Assembly: GCF_018350175.1 (NCBI RefSeq)
Contig: NC_058373.1
Span: 115,074,001-115,138,000, forward strand
DNA length: 64,000 bases
Direction of reading: 5' to 3'
From: Felis catus
Lineage: Eukaryota
Positions 39,331 to 53,000 of this stretch are shown piece after piece; within the stretch, counting starts at the first letter, position 1; each line of letters opens with the position of its first letter. The translations under genes and the position numbers were made by a program. Below the pieces are notes generated by a model. That model did not search any database. It saw nothing but the letters and a program-made list of their open reading frames with translations, and had not been told where the DNA came from.

Positions 39331-40499
39331 TAAGGTATTGTTACTGTTCCCCCCTCCTTTTTTTTCAGTTGAAACCAAAGCCAAACAAATAACTTGCCCA
39401 GAGTCATAAAAGTAGCCCATGGTAGAGCCCACACTTTAACTGCTAGATTCTACTGTTAGCTTCTAATTTGCTTGCCATTTGGTAAAATTCAAAATGGAGT
39501 ATTTCTAGAACTTTTTCCAAGCACTACTTCTTCAGGCTCTTTCTCATATCATGAGCACCCATAACTCTCCCAGGTACACATTTATGGTATGTGCACAATA
39601 ATCATTTGCTTATTTATTCCTTCATTCAGTATTCACAAGTATTTATGTGATACAGAACGTATGCCCGGCACTGTGCTAGGTTTTGGAGATACCGCAGTGA
39701 GTAAGAATCCAGCCATGCCCTCATGGAGTTCGTGGTCTTTAAGTCAGTGTATTTTGATTTATGTTGTTAACTTTCATTGGCAACCGTTTGCTGCTTAAGG
39801 AACTTCTGTCCGGTAAGTTAAATTAGAGGAGACTACTGATATGAAGCCTGATAGATAGGACTTCCTGTCCACAGAGTGGCTTTTTGGATACTGTAGTAGA
39901 CATGGCATATGAAACAAATCCTCACCTATAGCTAGATCGGGGGGTATCAGGTCCCTGGGTGCTCAGAGTAGGACTGACCCCCTCCCCCCACCCCCAAGTG
40001 TGTAAACCCTGAGAGCAAACCCAGTGTCACATGGCAGTGTTCAACTTACTTGCTGAGGCCTGCCTTCTCAAAGCCCAGAATTTAGGCAACAGAAAGAAGA
40101 AAGGTAGAGTGAGGTGTTACAGATGCAGGCTGGCGGATGAAGAGACCTCAGCGCTTTGTTTGGTTTCCTGGCAGGTGTCTGTTGTGTGGTGGCTGAACTT
40201 GTGCTCTTATGTAATGGTGCATCTCCTGGCAGGGGATTTCCTCCTTTGCTGTTGCCGGGGCAGCAATTTCTACAGCTACCCTCCCATTCCATACACACAT
40301 AGGCACTCTCTGAAGGTAATAAGGCATCTGGCTTTTTAAAAGTAAGAGCTTATTTCAGGTTCATTGCTACTAAGCATTATTTCACTCCCTCCGTACTTTT
40401 CCGTCCTCCTGATAAAAACTTGCCTTATGTTTTAAATTTTTCCCGTGCTATTTTCCCATATCCTTAGCTGTTTTGACAACCAGATAACTATGCTTGCTA

Positions 40500-40822
40500 C
40501 AGTTGACTCTTAAAGAACACGGGATTAGGGGCACTGATCCCTATGCAGTCGAAAATCTATGTATAACTTTGACTCCCCTCAAACTTTGCTCATAGCCTAC
40601 TGTTGACAGGACGCCTTACTGATAACATAAGCTGTTGATTAACACTTGTTTTGTATGTTACATGTATTATATACTGCATTAGTACAATAAAGTAAGCTGG
40701 AGAAAAAAGTTACAAAGAAAATCACAAGAAAGAGAAAATAACACTTACAATACTGTACCGCAAAAAATCTGTGTGGAAGTGGACCCACACAGTTCAAACC
40801 AGTGTTGTTGAAGGGTCACCTG
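40500..40822. mobile_element. Tigger2a/MER28-like TcMar MITE
   Basis: Inverted termini cagttgactcttaaagaacac / gtgttgttgaagggtcacctg; TA on the left flank. Confidence 0.8.
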
Positions 40823-41446
40823 TGCTGGTGCCTGTCTCTGGGCTCAGAGAATGATATCTTTAAAAAAAATCCGAGTCACTTAATCTAACTCATTTCTGTA
40901 CTAAAACCAGTGAAACTGTGAAGTCTTTAGCAGAACTGCTTGTGGGCTGAGAAGGAAGACCAGAGAGCAGATATGCCGTTTTTTCCCCTCTAGTTCCCCT
41001 GAGAGGCAGCCCGGGACTGTAAAGCCCACTGGGAAGCCTGAATGTCAGCAGACCCCCCGGTACTGGTTGTGTAATTGCCACGCAGGAAGCATTTTACTGA
41101 GTTCCTGACGTGACATGTGGTCTCCTCGTTGAAGCTGATCAGTGGGATTCACTTTCTTCCTTCTGTCTTCCTGGACAGTAGGAAGGTCTTGTTGTTTAGA
41201 GTCATTCCTTTAAGTAGTAGGAGGAAGAACAAACAGAGGAGAAAGAACACATATTTGAAAGCAGACTTGAGTGTTGAGGATGAGGACAGTTGGGTTAAGG
41301 GTAAGCATTAGGACAAATACGTATATGATAATAGAGACTCTTTTTCCTGGTTTCTCCTCAAGAAGGCTGCAGTCTTGGGGCCACCCACATATTCCACTAT
41401 AGTGAGATTTCATTGAGTGGAATGGTTTTTTAAAAAATAATATATA

Positions 41447-41636
41447 TTTTTTAAGTTTATTTATTTTGAGGGAGAGAGTGCATGGGGAGCGGAGGGGCAG
41501 AGAGAGAGAATCCGGAACAGGCTCCACGCTGTTGGCACGAAGCCTGACGTGGGGCTCGATCTCACGAATCCAAGCTCATGACCTGAGCCGAAAACAAGAG
41601 TCAGACGCTTAACTGACTGAGCCACCCAGGCACCCC
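41447..41636 (-). mobile_element. CanSINE
   Basis: SINE body. Confidence 0.88.
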
Positions 41637-43585
41637 TAAAAAATTAACATTCTTAAGTTTTGGTGCCACATTGCAGGAAAGTTGGAAACTAGATGAGTGA
41701 GAAAAAAAATGCCTGTAGTGTGGGAGGGCTGTTTTCATACAGGTAGAAGTAAAGGATGCAAATTGAGGTTGGGGCTGAGGGTTTTGTGATGGTATTTATT
41801 TGAAGCTGCTAACAGCTGTGAATCTGAGACCAGTGAAGCAATTTCAGGACAGCGTTGGGGTGACTGTCCTTGAGCATCAAGATCTGTTCACTCCCACTCT
41901 GGCTCAGATTCAAGGCAACAGCCATTGTTCCCTTGGATGCTTATAAGTTCGTGTCTTTGTATAAAACCTTTATTTGAAAAAGTAGAGGTGCGGGGGAAAG
42001 AGGTACCTCTTATAAGGCTTAGATTTTAGCAGTAAAACCTGTCAGGCACCCGTGGACGTTTCCTTTTTTTGTGTGCTCATGTGTGTCTCTGATGGTGTCC
42101 TTTTTCTTTCCCTTTTAGTCCTTTGGCCTAGAAACCAGCAGGGTGTCTCCATTTGCTCTCTCATCCTCTGATTCTTACCTGAGTGTGGAAGTCTCCACTC
42201 TGCTGGTAGACCTCCAGTGGTGCTGAGCTGGGTCACTTTGGCTGTGAAAGGCCACCTGTGCTTCTGTCGGGGCTTGGGGACACTTGAGTCTCTGTGAAGG
42301 TACTGGTATGGCAACAGTAGAAAATGTAGCAACTGTAGTGAGAACTGGACGGGTTTCACAGGCAGGCTCTGCTGTTGTCTGTGATGTATTCTCTTTCCTG
42401 GGCCCTTACATCTCAGAAAAGGAAACTAGCACCCTTGAAACATCTGAAGGCTGCATGCCAAGAATTCATGCAATACTCCAGAAACAGGATATTATTGAAG
42501 CATTTTTCTCAAGCAGAAACATATGTAGTTCCCTGTTACTGTCGCCAGTGTTAGTAGATCCTGAAAATTACCTGATAGCTGTGTGTGCCCTTAAATGTAC
42601 TCTCCCGTCTTATACTCCCCCTCCCACACGCACATGTACAAGTGCTAGACTGGTTTTTTGTTTTTTGTTTTTTGGTAGAGCTCCATTGCTTGGTTTGAGG
42701 AAAGTTAGCCTGGGTTCCTGAAGACAGAAATAGGTTCTCAGGGGTTTGCAGACAGCAGAGTTGGTGACTGACAATTCTTTGTTACTCAGAAGAGGAGGAT
42801 CTTTTGTGGTGAAAAATTCAGTGACTCAGGATTCTTTTCTCCTGTAGTTGGAGATTGGACGTAAAACCTCAGAGAGGAGATATAAATAGGGGCTCTTTCC
42901 CAACCTTCCCTTTCTTACCATCCTTTCTGAAGGAGGGGGAAAGTTCAATCTTTCCAAATCCACCCTCCTGCCAGCGTTGACTTGCCTTCACCCACAGAAG
43001 TTTAAGATCAGAGCATGGAGTTGGCCTGTGTGTAGACTGTCTTTGCTAGGTTTTTGGCTAGACTAGGCTTGGGCTTTTGACAAAGCCAGTAAAATGAAAG
43101 CGGCTTCTGGGAATGGGATAGGACTGTTTATCCCATTCTTCCTTCTTTGGGCTGTTCTCAGTAGATCTCAATAAACTAAGTGGGTGGAAGTTTAAAAAGG
43201 GAACTTGAGAAAGAGAACAAGGTGATTTTGCTTATTCATTTTAAGTGGTAGCCTAGGCAAACTGTCAGGGAGAAGACTGGGGCTACTTTTTTTTTAATTG
43301 TTAATACACTGGGGTAAGATTACCGAAAGCTTGGAAAATAGAGGGGGAGAAAAAAATCACCGTGATTCTACCATCCTACCACAAACATCATTTCTATCTA
43401 TTCTGCTTTTTCTTTCAGTTGGGAATCCTGGTGTGCATTTAATTTTGTATTCTGTTTTTTCCAGTTAGCATTACACCATAAATATTTTTCTGTAACGACA
43501 TATAGGCTTTATAATTATTTTTATTTTTAATGGCTTTATAATATTCCATCAAATAGATCAGCTGTGATTTAAATAGCCTCTCATT

Positions 43586-43822
43586 GGGGGCACCGGGGTG
43601 GCTCAGCTGGTTAAGCATCCAACTTCAGCTCAGGTCATGATCTTAGCGATTCGCGAGTTCGAGCCACCCATTGGGCTCACTGCTGTCAGCGTGGAGTCTG
43701 CTGCAGATCCTCGGTCCCCCTCTCTCTTGGCCCTTCCCCTGCTTGCACGTGTGAGCTCTCTCTCAAAAATAAATAAACTTAAAAAAAATAAACTTGAAAA
43801 AATAAAGAAACATGAAAAAAAT
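43586..43822 (+). mobile_element. CanSINE
   Basis: TSD aaatagcctctcat. Confidence 0.9.
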
Positions 43823-43848
43823 AAATAGCCTCTCATATGTTTAGACTA

Positions 43849-44085
43849 TTTTTTTCTTTCTTTTTTTATAATTTGTTTTGAGAGAGAGCGTGCTCATGTG
43901 TGCACACACACGTATGGGGGGGTGTTGGGTGGGACTAGGCGCAGAGAGAGAAGGAGAAAATCCCAAGCAGGCTCCGTGCTGTCAGCTTAGAGCTGACTCA
44001 GGCTCGATCTCAAGAACCAGGAGATCATGACCTGAGCCGAAATCCAGAGTCAGATGCTTAACCACCTGAGTCACCCAGATGCCCC
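43849..44085 (-). mobile_element. CanSINE
   Basis: TSD taga(c/t)tatt. Confidence 0.88.
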
Positions 44086-44149
44086 TGTCTAGATTATTCC
44101 TAAGATTTGCTCAAGGCGACTTTTTTTCAGAGGGGTCATTTCATTTGTC

Positions 44150-44640
44150 ATAATTTTTAAAAACAGCTTTACGGAGACATAATTTATATATCATAATATT
44201 CACTCATTTAAAGTTTACAATCCAGTAGACTTTAGCATATTTACAGAGTTGTACAACTGTCACCATATTCTAATTTTAGAACACTTTTATCACCCCAAAA
44301 AGAAACTCCATTAGTGGTCACGCCCAGTTCCTCACAATCCCTGTAGCCCACGGCCAGCACTGATCTCTTTCTCTCTACAGTTCACCTGTTTGGACATTTC
44401 ACACAAACAGAATGTGTAATTGGCTTCTTTCGTTTAGCATAATGTTGAGTTTTATCCATATTTTAGCATATATCAGGACTTTATTGATAAATGATCTGTT
44501 GTATAGGTATATCACATTTTGTTTGTCCATTCATCAGCAATGTAATGGACATCTGAATTGTTTTTCTGGTTATTATAAATGTTGCTGTGAACACCGATTA
44601 GTATAAAGTTTTGTGTAGGCATATGTTTTTATTTCTTAGG
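44150..44640 (-). mobile_element. Old L1M (MB-type) 3' fragment
   Basis: aacagctttacggagacataatt...ttacagagttgtacaac...catcaccccaaaaagaaac-like motifs. Confidence 0.8.
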
Positions 44641-44644
44641 GAGG

Positions 44645-44770
44645 TATTTTATTTTATTTTTTATAAAGTTTGATTGATTTTTAAAATCTCTGTACCCAAT
44701 GTGGGACTCAAACTTACAACCCTGAGATCAAGAATTGTATTCTCTACCAACTGAACCAGCCAGGCGCCCC
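44645..44770 (-). mobile_element. Short older CanSINE
   Basis: TSD tcttaggga/gg. Confidence 0.8.
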
Positions 44771-44976
44771 TCTTAGGGAGATATTTTAAAAGCTGCATCC
44801 ATATTTCTACTTTAGAGTTAACATTTTACTTGGTTATACAGCTTGTTTGGGGAAGAACAGTGTTATAGCAGAACCTTTTGGTCCTGTGTTGTTGAGGATA
44901 TTGCCCTGAATTCAGAAAAGATGCTACTAAGAAAATGAAAGGAAGAATTATGTGTAAGAATATAGCATTCTTTCTA

Positions 44977-45180
44977 GGGGTGCCTGGGTGGCTCAGTCCG
45001 CTAAGCTTCGACTCTTGGTTTTGGCTCAGGTCGTAATCTCACAGTTCGTGGGTTTGAGCCCCACATTGGGCTCTGCGCTGGCAGTGTGGAGCCTGCTTGG
45101 GATTCTCTCTCTCCCTCTCTCTCTGCCCCTCTCCTGCTCACTCTCTCTGTCTCTGTCAAATAAATAAGTTTAAAAAAAAT
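44977..45180 (+). mobile_element. CanSINE
   Basis: Head, (CT)n and tail. Confidence 0.9.
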
Positions 45181-47846
45181 ATAACACTGTTTCCAAATCT
45201 TCAGTGCAGAACTTTAAACAGTAGTGGGAGTTCACAGATGCAGTAGTGCCTAAATTCAGTGCACATGTACTGCTGCTTAAAAAAAAAAAAAAAGGATTTT
45301 CAGCCTGAAGTCTCCGTTCTAAATTGCGTCATTGTGTTTTATGGAGTGAACTTTACCATGAACCCCACAGAGCATTCCTTATCAAATGTAATTTATAGTT
45401 CTCAGAAGCTTTTCCTTTTCTTATGAAACATTCCATGCCGGGGCTGTGTGCACCTGCTTAGAGGCTTCTGGTAGGCTGGAATGGAGAGCCAACCATCAAG
45501 GTAAAGGGGAGGGAGAGGGGCTGCGAGTGTGGTTTAAATATAGGTCTGAGAAAGACTGCTCTTTAGAGCAGCTCTTACAGGGCTCTTGCTGGTGGACCTC
45601 AGTTGCACCTGAGGTTAAAAATATAGCTCATGCCAGACACAAAGAGGAACAGATGGTACTGCTGGGAGTGTCGTTTCCTCTACAGGACCTACCCCTGGGT
45701 GGTTTCACACCATACCAGCCATATGACTGAAATAATGCAGTGCCTCCTTTCGCCCTTGTCCTAATTGGAACTACTAGCATTCATGATCAATAGCTGTTCT
45801 TGCTTTCCTGACTCCTGGTTCATACCAAAAGCTCTTGAAAGTATGTGTATGCAGGCCACCTAATTTTTTTTTCTTCTCAGAAGATCAAGATGCTTCCACC
45901 CCAGAGAAATGTGGGGCACAGGGCACGTGCCTTTTGTCCAATAAGCCAGACAAAAAGTAGGAACTTGAATTATCTTCTCTCGGACCTGTATTAGTTTCCT
46001 GTACCTGGAGCCAAGCCCAAGGATCAATCCTTCCAGAAAGTTCCTGTGTGTATATGTGTGTAAGTGTAAATGTAAATGTATGCAGCCATAACTTCCCTGC
46101 CACAGTTTTAGAATTTTTTGAGTGTTCTCTACCTGGTAATGCAAATTCTGTTCCCAAGTCCTGGGGGAGTAAGGTAATACAAAATTCTTATCTGAAGATT
46201 AAAATTCTTGAGTATAGTATCCAGATATTACCAAAACTTCTTGAACAGCAAACCAAGTATGTGATGAGAGAGACTCTGGGTTCATTAGATGCTAGAGTTG
46301 GAAGAATGGGACTTTGGGGATAGTCTCCTCCTACCTCCTCACTTTATGGAAAGGAAGAATGGGAAATGTGGTGCTCAGCGCCGACCTCCCTGAGTGGTGA
46401 TGGGGCCAGGGGAGAACCCAGGCGTCCTGATCCCGAGTCTAGTGCTGTTTCTTCCCCTGTACGATCAACTTCTCTCTCCTCTGGGCTTGTCTCAGGAAAG
46501 GGCATTGGAGCCCAGAACAGTGTATGGCTCATACTGTTTGCAGCAAATTCATCTCCTTTTTGTGATTGTGGTTTTGAATCTAATAGTGAAATTACAAAGA
46601 GGAATGAGTCGTTAAGTTCAGTTGTGAGGAAGAAACTGGGCATTGTTGTGCTTAGGTTGGCCCTGCTTAACTATTTATCTCTGTACTGTGCTTCCTTGTA
46701 ATTAATAAAACACCACCTGCTTTAGACCAATGGGATGTGTTCTCTGAGTCATTTTCCCCTTTGGGTCCCCCTTGACCAGGTGGGACAGTGGCAGGTGCTG
46801 GTGGCATCCTAGATGTGGTAGTTGGGAACATGCTGTCTGGGAGGGCTGATGCTCCCTGCCCCCACCCCATTAGCAATCCAGAACCCTTCATAACTGTGAT
46901 TCTGATTGCAGTGTGAACACACATCTCTAACTGTATCCCTAATCAGTCTGGAAGGAACCAGGCTTCTTGGGCTGAGGTCATGTATGCTAGCTTTCTCCAC
47001 CCTGGAAAGCCGGTGAGCAGTTTTATGCTCAGTGGGTACAGCTTTTTCAGTTGGCCCGCTCAAGACATTTTTAGAGAATTGACAAATGGTAAGTTAGCTG
47101 GTCCACACCTTTATCAGTCCTTGATTCTCATCCACCTGCTAGGTAGAAACTGTGCTGTGGGAAGGCGATCTACCTCCTCGTTTCAGTCCTGTGGGGATTT
47201 TGCTTATTACACAGTGGGATGGCAAGAAAAACAGGCTCTGGGTTTCATAAGAGTTCATTGGTCCATCTTTTTTTTCCCCTTTACATGCACCTTCAAGTCA
47301 TAATAATTTGTCAACTGATAATCTGGTTGGGCTGTGATGTCAGGCTGGTGGGAGTTAGGTAGGTGGTTGGTGCAGAAACCAAAAGGAAGTAAGTCTGGTT
47401 ATTTGCTTGACAAGTATTTAGTGAATGCCTGTGGTTAGTGTTAGGTATACAGTTGTAAACAAAGAACAAAATGGACACAGTTCTTGCCTTCATGGCCTTA
47501 ACCGTCCTGGAGAATACCCATTGGTTATTTAACTTGAAGTATAGCATTGGAGGAATCTATTGTGTAAAGTAGACTTTCAATTTGATACTCTGAAAGAGTC
47601 ACTCTTTTTCAGTGACCTCTGTGCTCCCATCCAGCAGTCATCCTGGAAGAGAGGTAGGCTTGAAAAATGTCCTTGGAGAATCCTCCTGGCATTCCAGGCA
47701 AGAAAGCAAATTGACTTTCCCTGCAGAGTAAGTTAGGTCTAGGAGTTTGGTCTGCTGTGAGGATTCCTGTTTACAGGCTTTATTTAACTAATCATTTTTT
47801 ATTGTGCAAATGTTTTCTGACCCTGAAATATCTTCTTTTTAAGTAC

Positions 47847-48043
47847 TTTTTTTAAAATGTTTATTTATTTTTGAGGGAGAGCATGAGTGGGGGAGGTGCA
47901 GAGAGAGAAGGGGGACAGAGGATCCAAAGTAGGCTCTGCATTGAGAGCAGTGAGCCTGATGCAGGGCTCATACTCAAAAACTGGGAGATCATGACCTTAG
48001 CCGAAGTTGGGTGCTCAACTGACTGAACCATCCAGGTACCCCC
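47847..48043 (-). mobile_element. CanSINE
   Basis: SINE body. Confidence 0.85.
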
Positions 48044-48786
48044 CCCCCCCCCCTTTTTTTAAATGAAGGGAGAAAAGCGGGTCTGGATTCCACAGTGAGA
48101 AATTGGAGGAAGGGAAATAGATCAATAGTGTGAATTCTTTAGGGAATCTTTTTTTCTCCCATCTCCCACAAGCCTCAATTTTAGATGTAAATATTGACTT
48201 GTGATACCTCTTTTCTTGATCTGTCTGTGGCTTTATAACCTGGTGGGCATTAAAGGACCTAACACAATACTGGCACAAATAAAGCTCCCAATAAGCACAC
48301 ATCCTGTATATATTTTTTACCTCTATCGGTAGCCATCTCTGTTGGCCCAGGTTTCAGGCTTAGACTGGGAGTCTTCGGAGGTCATTGATGGTCTTGTCCA
48401 CTTTTTTGTACTCAGCTCCTGGATTACTTGGTTGATAAGTGATTGACCAGGTAGAAAGGATTAAAGTCAAAAAAGGGTGAGAGGGCAAGGTGACTTTGAG
48501 GCCAAGAGCCCTGGTGACAAGGAGTCAAAGAATGGTATTACTGATGAAATTCTAAAAAGAGACATTTGGAGGGGGACCTCATTTGAGTGAAAAACAGATA
48601 TAAACAAGACGATAAAAAGCGGTTCACATTCACCAGCTTTACTCTGGTGGTAGGAAAAGAAGACTGCTCAGAAACCATGGAGGTGGGAGGAGGTGAAGGA
48701 AAGAGATGGTACTGGAGGTTTTCCCAAATGTTTTAGCAAGACCAGTGAGAACCGAATTACAGGATCCTTTAAGAATTTGGACCCAA

Positions 48787-48983
48787 GGGGCACCCGGGGG
48801 GCTCAGTTGGTTGAGCGTCTTGATTTCAGCTCAGGTCATGATCTCATGGTTCTTGAAATCAAGCCCCAAGTTGGGCTCTGCGCTGACAAGGGAGCCTGCT
48901 TAAGATTCTTTCTGCCTCTGCCCCTCCCTGCCTCAAAATAAATAAATAAACATTTAAAGCTTTAAAGAAAAAAAAAAAAAAAA
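48787..48983 (+). mobile_element. CanSINE
   Basis: TSD aagaa(t/c)ttgga(c/t)ccaag. Confidence 0.88.
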
Positions 48984-49332
48984 AGAACTTGGATCCAAGA
49001 CCAGAATTACCCTGCTAATTTTTAGGCACAGGTCTTTATTTCTAGAACTCTGTCCATCTTTTAAAAGCCTCAGGAGGCATTAGTCATGCCCTAAATCCAA
49101 CCTACAAGTGTTTATCTACAGTTTGGCCTTATTTACTTAATGTATTTTTAGCATCCACTGTGAATCCTGTTATAGTCAAGGAAGTAGTTAGTAGTGGGAC
49201 ACCTTGTTTCTGTTTGTTCTCCAGAACCCAGCTCTTTTGGGGGTGGTCCTGTTACTTCTGGAATTATAACATGTAGTTGTATGGGTCATCTCCTTTGAAG
49301 GTCTGTGCATGCTTTGGAAAAATCACATCTTT

Positions 49333-49526
49333 GGGGCACCTGGGTGGCTCAGTCAGTTAAGCATCTGATTTCAGCTCAGGTCATGATCTGTAGTTTGTGA
49401 GTTGGAGACCCACATCTGGCTCTCTGCTTAGTGCAGAGCCTGCTTCAGATCCTCTGTCTCCTCTGTCTCTGCTCCTCCCCCAATCTCTCATTCTCTGTCT
49501 CTCAATAAATAAACATTTTTTAAAAA
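49333..49526 (+). mobile_element. CanSINE
   Basis: Head, (CT)n and tail. Confidence 0.85.
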
Positions 49527-49774
49527 GTGTAAGAGACTATAAAAAGAAAAATCATGTCTTTGAAAGAAGGGTTGCTCTCTACAAATGCTAACTGCTTTTC
49601 TTGGATATATGTGAGCAACAACAGAGTAACAGATTTCAGAGCCTTTGGTGTTCCTAGAACTTTCTGTGAATAGCAACAAGGCAGGTATTTTTCAAGCAGT
49701 GCGTCTGACTTTATTACGTGAACAAGTATTTATTGAATGCTCTTTCCCATTTAATGATCTCCCCACAGGGATTC

Positions 49775-50042
49775 TTTTTTTTTTTTTTTTTTTTTAATGC
49801 TTAACAATGTTTAGTGTTTTTAATGTTTAATAATTTTGAGAGAAGAGACAGAGCACGAGCTGGGGAGGGGCAGAGAGAGAGAGAGAGAGGGAGAGACAGA
49901 ATCCAGAGCCGGCTCCAGGCTCTGAGCTGTCAGCACAGAGCCCGGGGCTTGAACCCACATGAGAGCAGTAAACAGTGATCAGTACGGTCATGGCCAGAGC
50001 CGAAGTCGGATACTTAACCAACTGAGCCACTCAGGTGCCCCC
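49775..50042 (-). mobile_element. CanSINE
   Basis: TSD ca(c/t)agggattcttt. Confidence 0.9.
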
Positions 50043-53000
50043 TCCTCATAGGGATTCTTTGCAGCACATAGCCCAACAAATGTTTTGTATTGTTGCTTCA
50101 GTATTTTGATTTGTCTTTTACACGCAGATTTTAAGCCCCTTGAGGATGGAAGTGCTGGTTTAAGTCTCCTCTGTGTTCACTCTGCAGGCTGGGTATCTGT
50201 ATTAATAACAATAAAAATTTCTTCATTTTACAAAATGCTTTCATGTAAGATGTCATATAATACTATGAGGAAGATTTTAGTCCCATTTTACAAATGGGAA
50301 AGCCAAGGCCTTCGGTAACCAGTAGACATTTAACATCCGCCATACTTGTAATTAGTGACACCAAGTCACCTAGGGGCTCAACGGACTCAAACGTTGGTAC
50401 CTCATGCAGGGAGAAGGAAACCTCCTGGAATTGCAGACTTCATAAATTTTAACTTTCTCATGGAAAACGTTATAACAACCCCTCTCCCTTTCCCCTACTC
50501 AATCTCGGCATAGGTACTCTCAAGGTCAGTATGTCAGTATGTTTTTCTGTACCGATGGGACAAAAATGCGGAAGTGTATAAAATTTGAAAGGCAACTTTC
50601 ATCTCCTAACTAAGGAAAAGCATTCCCATATTGGCCGAGGGACCTTTATTTTTATTTTCTGGAGGAGGGGAGAAGCCATAGAGTTAAAACCCTGGTATAT
50701 AGAAATCCATGCAGTTTTGGTGTTATTAGAAGTTGCATTTGGGGTTAAGCCAGAGAATGAATGCTGAGTTCTTTGGATTCTAAGGACTCTGTGATGGGGA
50801 TTTTGAGCAGCTCTGTAAACACTGTTTCCAGAGGAGGACTGTCTGTGCCTGAGAACTCATGAGGGCTCCTGAAGGAACATCTTTGCTTTTTCTGCAGACA
50901 AGGGAATCGACAGTCTCCTATAGGTGAGGCCTGAACCCCTTTTCCCCACTGTCCTGCCCTTGTTTCCAGAGGCAAAGATGAGTCTGTGTGGGTGGTGAGG
51001 AGGTTGGAAGTGAAGGTCCTGCTTCACCCGTGACAGCTTAGATTCGGACAGACATAAAGCAGTGCTGATGTTCCTGAGGCAGGGTGTGCTTGGACAGCCC
51101 TGTTTTTTCCATTTAGTTTAGGAAAGTGGAGGAGTAAGACTGGCTGTGGGCCAGGCATGGCTTCCCCCTTTCCTGTGGTGAATGAAAATGGACGATTGTT
51201 TGAAGAAGTGGGTACTGAGTGGGAGACAAGTGGAGGATAGCAGGCCTTGGACTCAGAATGACCCTGCTTTCACTGTCAGCTCAGCCATTTTCCAGCTGTA
51301 TGACCTCGAGCAAGTTTAACCTCTCTGGTGCTCATTTTCATTATCTATAAAATGGAGATGATATTATTAACACTATCTCCAGAAGGGTAGCTACCAAAAT
51401 ATTAATTACTTGCTGTGGGAATTTTGGGGTGGTGAATCTTGGGATAACAGGAAAACGGTAACTTGTTAAAGTTTCTTTTTGTATCACTTGAATTTTTCAC
51501 TATTGGCACATAGAACTTAATTAAAAGTATCCCCTCATGGGATTATTAAGAAAATCAAATAAATTGGGGTATTTAAAATACCAGGTACAGTGCCTGATAA
51601 CTAAAAAATACTCAAATGGCAGTTTATTTGGGGAAGAAGTGATAATAATTCGTGGTTGACCCTTGCTTTTATAGTGTTAAATTTTCCTTCTGCCTTGTGT
51701 GGCTTTGGGTAAGTCTCTTTGTTAAGCCTCAGCTTCTTCAACTGAAAACGGGGGTTTATAGCAGTATCTACCACATATAGGGGGTGGAGGAGACCTATCA
51801 AGAGGTTAGCCTTGTGCTAGTAAAGGCGTATAGTTAGTGCTCAGTAAATATTAACTGTTATCAGCTTTATCCTCACAGCTACGCTGGAAGTGAGGTGGGA
51901 GTTATGCCCACTTCAAAGTTACAGAAAGTGAGGCGGAGTCATTTGGTGACTTGTCTTAAGGCCATATGTTGAGTTAGCAGCAGCAGTGGCCTTCTCTGTT
52001 AACTGCCCTCCTGCCGGAGTCCACACTGACGGCCTCACAGCCCTGAGTCTGCTCATCTCCTTCCTTCATCCCGGAAGGCCTGCACAAGGACGGGCTCAGC
52101 CTCTCTAGAGGAAGCCCTCTCTCCATACCACTTTGATACTGCCTGTGACTTCTCACCTGCTCCATAAAGATCTGCCTTGCCTGTTTGTGGTACTGATTGG
52201 GCTAAAGTTACTAGACCTGGTGGGAAATAGCTTTTGAGCTTTGTTGCTGTGGGCTCCTGTTCTGTGTGTTCACACTTTGAGGAAACCCCCCTCCCCCCGA
52301 AACAAAGAAAACAAAACCCTGAGTGATTTCTGCCCAGAATTGTTTCCAGAAAGTGGGAGATCCTCATCCCCAGACTTAGGGGGTCAGAGCTGATGCCACC
52401 AGTTTCTCACCTTGGGTTTGTACAGTACACTTCTCACCCTTCTTTGGTTTTCTCTTCATCGGACTTTACAACATTTGCCTCGCTCCCTTCTTCATAGAGG
52501 TCATGAAATACTTACCATTTGGTGAAAAATACAAGCAATGCAATGTCAAAAGTTTTATCAATCTAAATTTGCCTAGTGGGCTGGAAGGAGTATACATATT
52601 TATACAGACTCTTGCACTTTATAGTTTTTATGTTGTTTCTGTGTGTTTCAAATACATCTTTTTCCAAATTTGCATTTAGTGGTGGCTAACTCTTGTAGTC
52701 TGTATTTCTTTGGAATATATACTTGCTGTGTAGGTATTGCGTTCACATCATATAATTCCACAGCAGGATCTGAAGGGCAGTCACTTTTCAGTACTTATCA
52801 CCAGTCCGGTCTCTGCACCTCTAGACAAGTCTGCTCTGATTCCCAGACTGGTTTCTTTTCCTTATTTGTGGCTGCCTAAAGGCCTTCAGTGAAGTACATC
52901 AAAGTGCTTCCTGTTGGCTTGGCAAAAGGAAGATCCTTGGAGGAGCTTAAAGGCCTCGTGGAAAGGACCCTCTGACTCTTCGCTAATCGCAAAATGAGAC

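Noticed and set aside
42205..42226. REST/NRSE-like half site GTGGTGCTGA
   Set aside because: The GCTGTCC half is missing; no full NRSE was recognised near CCDC177 either.
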